From Gemmatimonadota bacterium (GTDB lineage Bacteria; Gemmatimonadota; Gemmatimonadetes; Gemmatimonadales; GWC2-71-9): a stretch of DNA of 64,000 nt. The notes beneath the pieces are model-generated. The model was not told where the DNA came from. It was given only the letters and a program-made list of their open reading frames with translations, and searched no databases. The stretch spans positions 1-64,000 of the forward strand of contig JAZDCZ010000291.1 in the NCBI GenBank assembly GCA_036679605.1, in the 5' to 3' direction. The translations under genes were made by a program, and so were the position numbers. Positions 59,313-64,000 of this stretch are shown piece after piece (the first letter of the stretch is position 1; each line of letters begins with the position of its first letter).

Positions 59313-61287
59313 ACACGTTGTCCTTCCGCTTCCACCCGTTGTTTTCCCTGTTGGCGTCGGGCAACATCGTATCGGGATCCAACGTGACGGCAACAACTCC
59401 ACGCGGATCGTCTACCAACACGCTGAAGAGGTCACTCGTCTGCCAGATCTCTACGGGTAGTTTGCGATCGAGGGTACTGCCGTCGTCGAATTGGATGCGC
59501 ATGTGGACCGGCATCACCAGCCCCGCACGGTTGTTCAGGTGAATGCGCGTGCCGTCCTTCGACACAGTGACCGAATCGACCGATTGATCTAACAGATCAG
59601 TGGTATAGAACCAGCCGCGCCAGAACCAACTCAGATCCTCCCCCGACAAGTCATCGATGGTGCGGAAGAAATCGGCGGGCTTGGGATGCTTGAACGCCCA
59701 GCGCTTGATGTAAGTGTGAAACGCCTTGTCGAACCGCTCGTGTCCCAAAACCACTTCACGCAACAGGAGGAGGCCGAATCCGGGCTTGCGATAGCCCAGG
59801 AAGCCCAGTCCCTCACCCCGGATCTTGTCGGGTTGGGTCATGATCGGCTGATCGGATATCGGCTGCTGCATCATGTTGGCGATGTAGGGTGCGCTGGTGC
59901 GCTGCGCCCGAGAAGCGGTATCGCCATAGAAGTCCAAGTTAGAGTAGTGATTCAAGAACGTGTTGAAGCCTTCGTCCATCCACGCGTAGCGCCGCTCGTC
60001 GTTGCCCACGATCATCGGAAACCAACTGTGACCAAACTCGTGGTCGGTCACACCGAATAGTGCTTGCCCGCGGCTTTGCACCGAGCAGAACACGATCATC
60101 GGGTATTCCATACCACCGACTATGCCAGCCACGTTTATGGCAACAGGATAGGGATAGCGGAAGAAATGCTCAGAGTAATAGGAGATGGTATGACGAGCGT
60201 ACTGCGTGGCATCTTCCCATCCGGCCTGCCCACGCTCGTCCGGGCCCACGCCCTCCTTGGGATACATGGACATGATCAGCACATCCTCCCAGCTCGTGGC
60301 ATCCCAGATGAACGCCTTGGACGCAGCCCAGGAAACATCCCGCACGTTGTCGGCATGATAGCGCCACGTGAGGTTCTCTTTGCCGGTCGGACGACTTTCC
60401 GGCGTGCCCACCTCTTCCGCGCTCACAATGTGAATCGTCTCGGCGCTGTGCCGGGCCGTATTGAGGCGATTCTGTTGATTCTTGGTCAGAACATCTTCGG
60501 GGTTGAGCAAGTTGCCAGTTGCGACCACTATGAAGTCCGAAGGCGCCGTTATGGCGACATCGAAACTGCCATAGTCCAGATAGAATTCGCCCTGCCCTAA
60601 ATATGGCATCGGGTTCCAGCCGTTCACGTCGTCGTAGACGTACATTCGGGGATACCACTGCGCCACCTCGTACACCCAGCCGTCTGCACCCTGGAGCCGG
60701 CCCATGCGGTCAGCCCCATACTCTGGTATTACGAACGACCAGTCGATCTCTATCCCTATGGTGCTTCCTCCCGGAGCCAGCGGCTGTGCTAGATCTATCC
60801 GCATGCGCGTGTCGTTCACCATGTAATCAGCGGAGCGGCGGATTCCGTCACGAACCACATCGACCCGTGCGAGCCGGTCGCCACCATCCGCGAAGGCGCC
60901 CCTCCATCTATTGGACGAGTTGACCAACGCCCCTCGGCTCTCTGGTGTGAAGAGGTTTTGGTCCAGCTGCAACCACAATTCGGATAGCGAGTCGGGTGAG
61001 TTATTGGTGTAAGTGATCGTTTCCGACCCAATGACACTGTGGCTCGTGGAGTCGAGCGACACCTGAATGGAATAGTCAGATCTCTGCTGCCAGTAACCAC
61101 GGCCGGGCTTGCCGTTGCCGAGCCGATCCTCATTGGCGTTGGGCAGGTTTAGCGGTGCAAAGATCTCTTGGTTGGTGGGGGGAAGCGGTTGGGGCGTCTG
61201 TGCGCGCGCCGCTGTCGCAGAAACCACCGCAATAGCCACCAGAGATATCGTCTCTAACATAGATTGCTTCATCAATCGCTTCATCAT
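59272..61287 (-). CDS. M1-family metallo-aminopeptidase, exported
   Basis: GGMEYP, HEFGH and WMDEG; signal peptide. Confidence 0.92.
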   Translation of the reverse strand: MMKRLMKQSMLETISLVAIAVVSATAARAQTPQPLPPTNQEIFAPLNLPNANEDRLGNGKPGRGYWQQRSDYSIQVSLDSTSHSVIGSETITYTNNSPDSLSELWLQLDQNLFTPESRGALVNSSNRWRGAFADGGDRLARVDVVRDGIRRSADYMVNDTRMRIDLAQPLAPGGSTIGIEIDWSFVIPEYGADRMGRLQGADGWVYEVAQWYPRMYVYDDVNGWNPMPYLGQGEFYLDYGSFDVAITAPSDFIVVATGNLLNPEDVLTKNQQNRLNTARHSAETIHIVSAEEVGTPESRPTGKENLTWRYHADNVRDVSWAASKAFIWDATSWEDVLIMSMYPKEGVGPDERGQAGWEDATQYARHTISYYSEHFFRYPYPVAINVAGIVGGMEYPMIVFCSVQSRGQALFGVTDHEFGHSWFPMIVGNDERRYAWMDEGFNTFLNHYSNLDFYGDTASRAQRTSAPYIANMMQQPISDQPIMTQPDKIRGEGLGFLGYRKPGFGLLLLREVVLGHERFDKAFHTYIKRWAFKHPKPADFFRTIDDLSGEDLSWFWRGWFYTTDLLDQSVDSVTVSKDGTRIHLNNRAGLVMPVHMRIQFDDGSTLDRKLPVEIWQTSDLFSVLVDDPRGVVAVTLDPDTMLPDANRENNGWKRKDNVSSSRPSPSTPRTS

Positions 61288-61449
61288 CCAGCTCTTTCTA
61301 GATCGCTCCGTGATTTGACAGTGCAGTTGTACCGGCTTCGGGCGATTGAATCATACAGCGGTGTGGTACTGCGCGGCAGGCCATGTCAGTGCCGCAATAT
61401 TCAGAATCGCCCACCTCAGCGTCGGAAGTTGTGGCCGATGGCTGCGTCC

Positions 61450-61542
61450 GTCTTCGACGAGTTGACAATCGCGGCCGACCGTTTCTATCTCACCGTAACC
61501 GAGTACGAGAGCGATATTTGGGTGATGGACCTGCAGTACTAG
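61450..61542 (+). pseudogene. Orphan 3' remnant of a TolB/PD40-type propeller gene
   Basis: LTIAADRFYLTVTEYESDIWVMDLQY* resembles a propeller C-terminus; no gene body upstream. Confidence 0.5.
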
Positions 61543-61633
61543 GACTGGTGGGCGGGCTTGTGTCCCTTACCAGTTTTGGTCCATCAAATCGTCCCGTCGG
61601 AACGTGGCGGAACTACGCCCTTCAGGGCGGGAC

Positions 61634-61662
61634 TCCCCAAAACCCGCGTTGCGTTGCATCTT
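61634..61662 (+). promoter_or_regulatory. Putative leaderless promoter, copy 7 (on an intact kinase)
   Basis: TCCCCA-N17-CATCTT, with ATG 9 nt downstream (61672). Confidence 0.6.
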
Positions 61663-61671
61663 AGTACCGCC

Positions 61672-64000
61672 ATGACCAACACCGTCCGCCTCTCAACAGC
61701 ATTAGCCGACCGCTACCGCATCGAACGCCGCATTGGCGAAGGCGGCATGGCGACCGTGTACCTGGCCGAAGACTTGAAGCACAAGCGCAAGGTCGCGGTG
61801 AAGGTGCTGCGTCCTGAACTCGCTGCCGTCTTAGGCGCCGAGCGTTTCGTGCAAGAGATCACCACCACCGCGAATCTGCAACACCCGCACATCCTGCCCC
61901 TGTTCGATTCGGGTGAGGCTGACTCATTCCTCTATTATGTCATGCCGTTCATCGATGGCGAGACACTGCGCGGCAAACTCAACCGCGAAACGCAACTCGG
62001 TATCGAGGAAGCGGTCAACATCGCTACCGACGTTGCCGACGCGCTGGACTACGCTCACCAGCAGGGGGTGATCCACCGCGACATCAAGCCCGAGAACATC
62101 CTGATCCATAACGGTCGGCCGATGGTGGCGGACTTCGGGATTGCACTCGCCGTTAGTGCGGCGGCGGGTGGGCGCATGACCGAGACGGGCCTCAGTCTCG
62201 GCACGCCGCACTACATGAGCCCCGAGCAGGCGACCGCCGAGAAGGACCTCACTGCGCGTTCAGATGTGTATTCGCTCGGCAGCGTGTTGTATGAGATGCT
62301 CACCGGGAGCCCGCCGCACACCGGCGCATCGGCACAGCAGATCATCATGAAAATCGTGACGGATGAAGCCGCACCGGTCACCCAGCTCCGCAAGTCGGTG
62401 CCGCCCAACGTGGCGGCGGCGGTGGCAGAATCGCTGGCGAAGTTGCCGGCCGATCGATTTACCTCAGCTGCGGCATTCTCTGCGGCACTGGTAAACCCCG
62501 CGTTCACGTTGGCGGGCACAGCGACGGCACCTGCTGCTGCTGCGATTGCTAGGGCTGGGAACTGGAAGACGCGATTGGCGCTCTCAGCAGGACTCCTCGT
62601 AGCGGGCCTGAGCGGAGGGTTTCTGCTCCGGGGGGGAGACAGGTCCGAACCGCAGGTAGTACGCTTCGACCTGCGCATTCCTTCTGGACAACTTCTCGAC
62701 CTCCGGAATAACGAGGACGCCCCGTTTGCGATATCGCCGGACGGCACACGCATCGTCTATGCAGCAATCGACTCAGGTACGGCGGTGAACAAATTGTACA
62801 TCCGCCGGCTCGACCAGATGGAGGGCGTCGTACTTCCCGGTACCGAAGACGCCATTTCCCCGTTCTTCTCTCCGGATGGATTGTGGGTGGGATTCACCAC
62901 CGACGAGGACGAGAAGCTGAAGAAGGTGCCGGTGACCGGAGGCCCGCCGATCACCTTGGCGGACGATGTGCAGAACCAGTTCGCGGGCGCGTCGTGGGGT
63001 GACGACGGGTACATCGTGTACACGTCCAGGGGCTTCCATCTGTCACGAGTGAGTGGCGCGGGAGGAGTGCCGGAGCAACTCGCCGATCCTGACAGCGGCA
63101 ACGCAGCCATGTTTTGGCCATCGGTACTTCCTGGCGGCGAGGCGGTGTTATTCGAGCGCTGTCTCCAGACCTGTAACCAAACGGACCTTGCCGTGCTGGA
63201 CATCAAGTCAGGGTCGGTCGACGTGGTGGTGCCAGGGGCCACGCGAGGCTGGTACGCCAGCTCGGGGCACCTGTTGTACGCGACCGACGAAGGCGCCGTG
63301 TACGGAGTCTCGTTCGACCCAAGACGTCGCGAGGTCACCGGTGCCCCCGTGCCGCTGCTGGACGGGGTCCGGGTCGGGCTTGCCAACGGTTTGCGACTCA
63401 GCATCTCGGCATCGGGCGCCATGATGTACCTGACCGGTACCGCGGTGGCCGGTGTGCAGGTGGTGCAGGTCGATCGATCCGGACGGGAGACGGTCGTGAT
63501 TTCGCGGACAGGAGAGTACCAGCACCCGCGATGGTCACCCGACGGGGAGCGCATCGCGATGACGATATTCGGAGGATCTGGTGGTGCACAGATTTGGATC
63601 TACGACATTGCATCGGAGACGCTCTCGCAGCTCACCTTCGAGGGCGGCAATGTTCGCCCGACGTGGTCACCGGACGGTAGTCGGGTTGCCTTTTTCTCCA
63701 CGAGGTCTGATACGTCGGATCTATACTGGAAGCCGGCGGATGGATCGGGCCCTGCGGAACGAGTAGCCGAGGATGAGGATATTCTGAACGCGGGGACGAC
63801 GTTTTGGACCAGTGACGGATCTTGGATAGTCTTCGACGGTTTGGGAGAGGCGGGTGCTTCGGACGAGAACATCTATGCCGTGGGGACCGGCGAAGATCGC
63901 ACTCGTCAGACGGCGGTCGCCACCGGTGCTGGAGAAGAGACGGGCGCCGTGTCGCCCAACGGGGAGTGGATCGCGTACGGCTCCGATGAATCCGGCCCGT
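61672..64000 (+). CDS. Ser/Thr protein kinase - TM - PD40 propeller, running off the window (absent from the ORF track because there is no stop)
   Basis: MTNTVRLSTALADRYRIERRIGEGGMATV..., HRDIKPEN, DFG and SPDG repeats. Confidence 0.92.
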   Translation, partial: MTNTVRLSTALADRYRIERRIGEGGMATVYLAEDLKHKRKVAVKVLRPELAAVLGAERFVQEITTTANLQHPHILPLFDSGEADSFLYYVMPFIDGETLRGKLNRETQLGIEEAVNIATDVADALDYAHQQGVIHRDIKPENILIHNGRPMVADFGIALAVSAAAGGRMTETGLSLGTPHYMSPEQATAEKDLTARSDVYSLGSVLYEMLTGSPPHTGASAQQIIMKIVTDEAAPVTQLRKSVPPNVAAAVAESLAKLPADRFTSAAAFSAALVNPAFTLAGTATAPAAAAIARAGNWKTRLALSAGLLVAGLSGGFLLRGGDRSEPQVVRFDLRIPSGQLLDLRNNEDAPFAISPDGTRIVYAAIDSGTAVNKLYIRRLDQMEGVVLPGTEDAISPFFSPDGLWVGFTTDEDEKLKKVPVTGGPPITLADDVQNQFAGASWGDDGYIVYTSRGFHLSRVSGAGGVPEQLADPDSGNAAMFWPSVLPGGEAVLFERCLQTCNQTDLAVLDIKSGSVDVVVPGATRGWYASSGHLLYATDEGAVYGVSFDPRRREVTGAPVPLLDGVRVGLANGLRLSISASGAMMYLTGTAVAGVQVVQVDRSGRETVVISRTGEYQHPRWSPDGERIAMTIFGGSGGAQIWIYDIASETLSQLTFEGGNVRPTWSPDGSRVAFFSTRSDTSDLYWKPADGSGPAERVAEDEDILNAGTTFWTSDGSWIVFDGLGEAGASDENIYAVGTGEDRTRQTAVATGAGEETGAVSPNGEWIAYGSDESGP

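Noticed and set aside
28679..64000. Classical integron or diversity-generating retroelement
   Set aside because: No tyrosine recombinase or reverse transcriptase in the window, no clear attC R/L boxes, and no adenine-specific TR/VR pair seen.

Overview
This is a GC-rich bacterial window. The gene content (an expanded family of Ser/Thr kinase-TM-PD40 genes, DUF5916, CRTAC1, a permuted multicopper oxidase) suggests Gemmatimonadota, which is inference only. The left half (1-28.6 kb) is ordinary chromosome. It carries a multiheme cytochrome/CRTAC1/TPR/K+ channel cluster, two tRNA-Glu genes, an NhaP-cNMP antiporter, and a TetR-led class I benzoyl-CoA reductase operon (oah, dch, bcrC, bcrB, two activase subunits, had). 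It also has a tightly coupled four-gene operon of unknown function: fatty-acid hydroxylase, AsnB-like amide synthetase, radical SAM enzyme and flavin halogenase. The right half, from tRNA-Lys(CTT) at 28605, is an accessory array. It holds six Hanks-type kinase genes interleaved with unrelated cargo genes. Many cargo genes are preceded by, or fused to, short stubs of the kinase 5' end, and some are followed by the kinase 3' end. Seven kinase starts or stubs carry the same putative promoter, a -35-like hexamer spaced exactly 17 bp from CA(T/C)CTT, lying 6-9 nt before an ATG with no Shine-Dalgarno. The array also contains tRNA 3'-half copies split in the T-loop by a small structured insert whose stems covary. 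No integrase, transposase or reverse transcriptase is visible in the window. Several genes carry internal deletions or frameshifts, which could be decay or assembly error.
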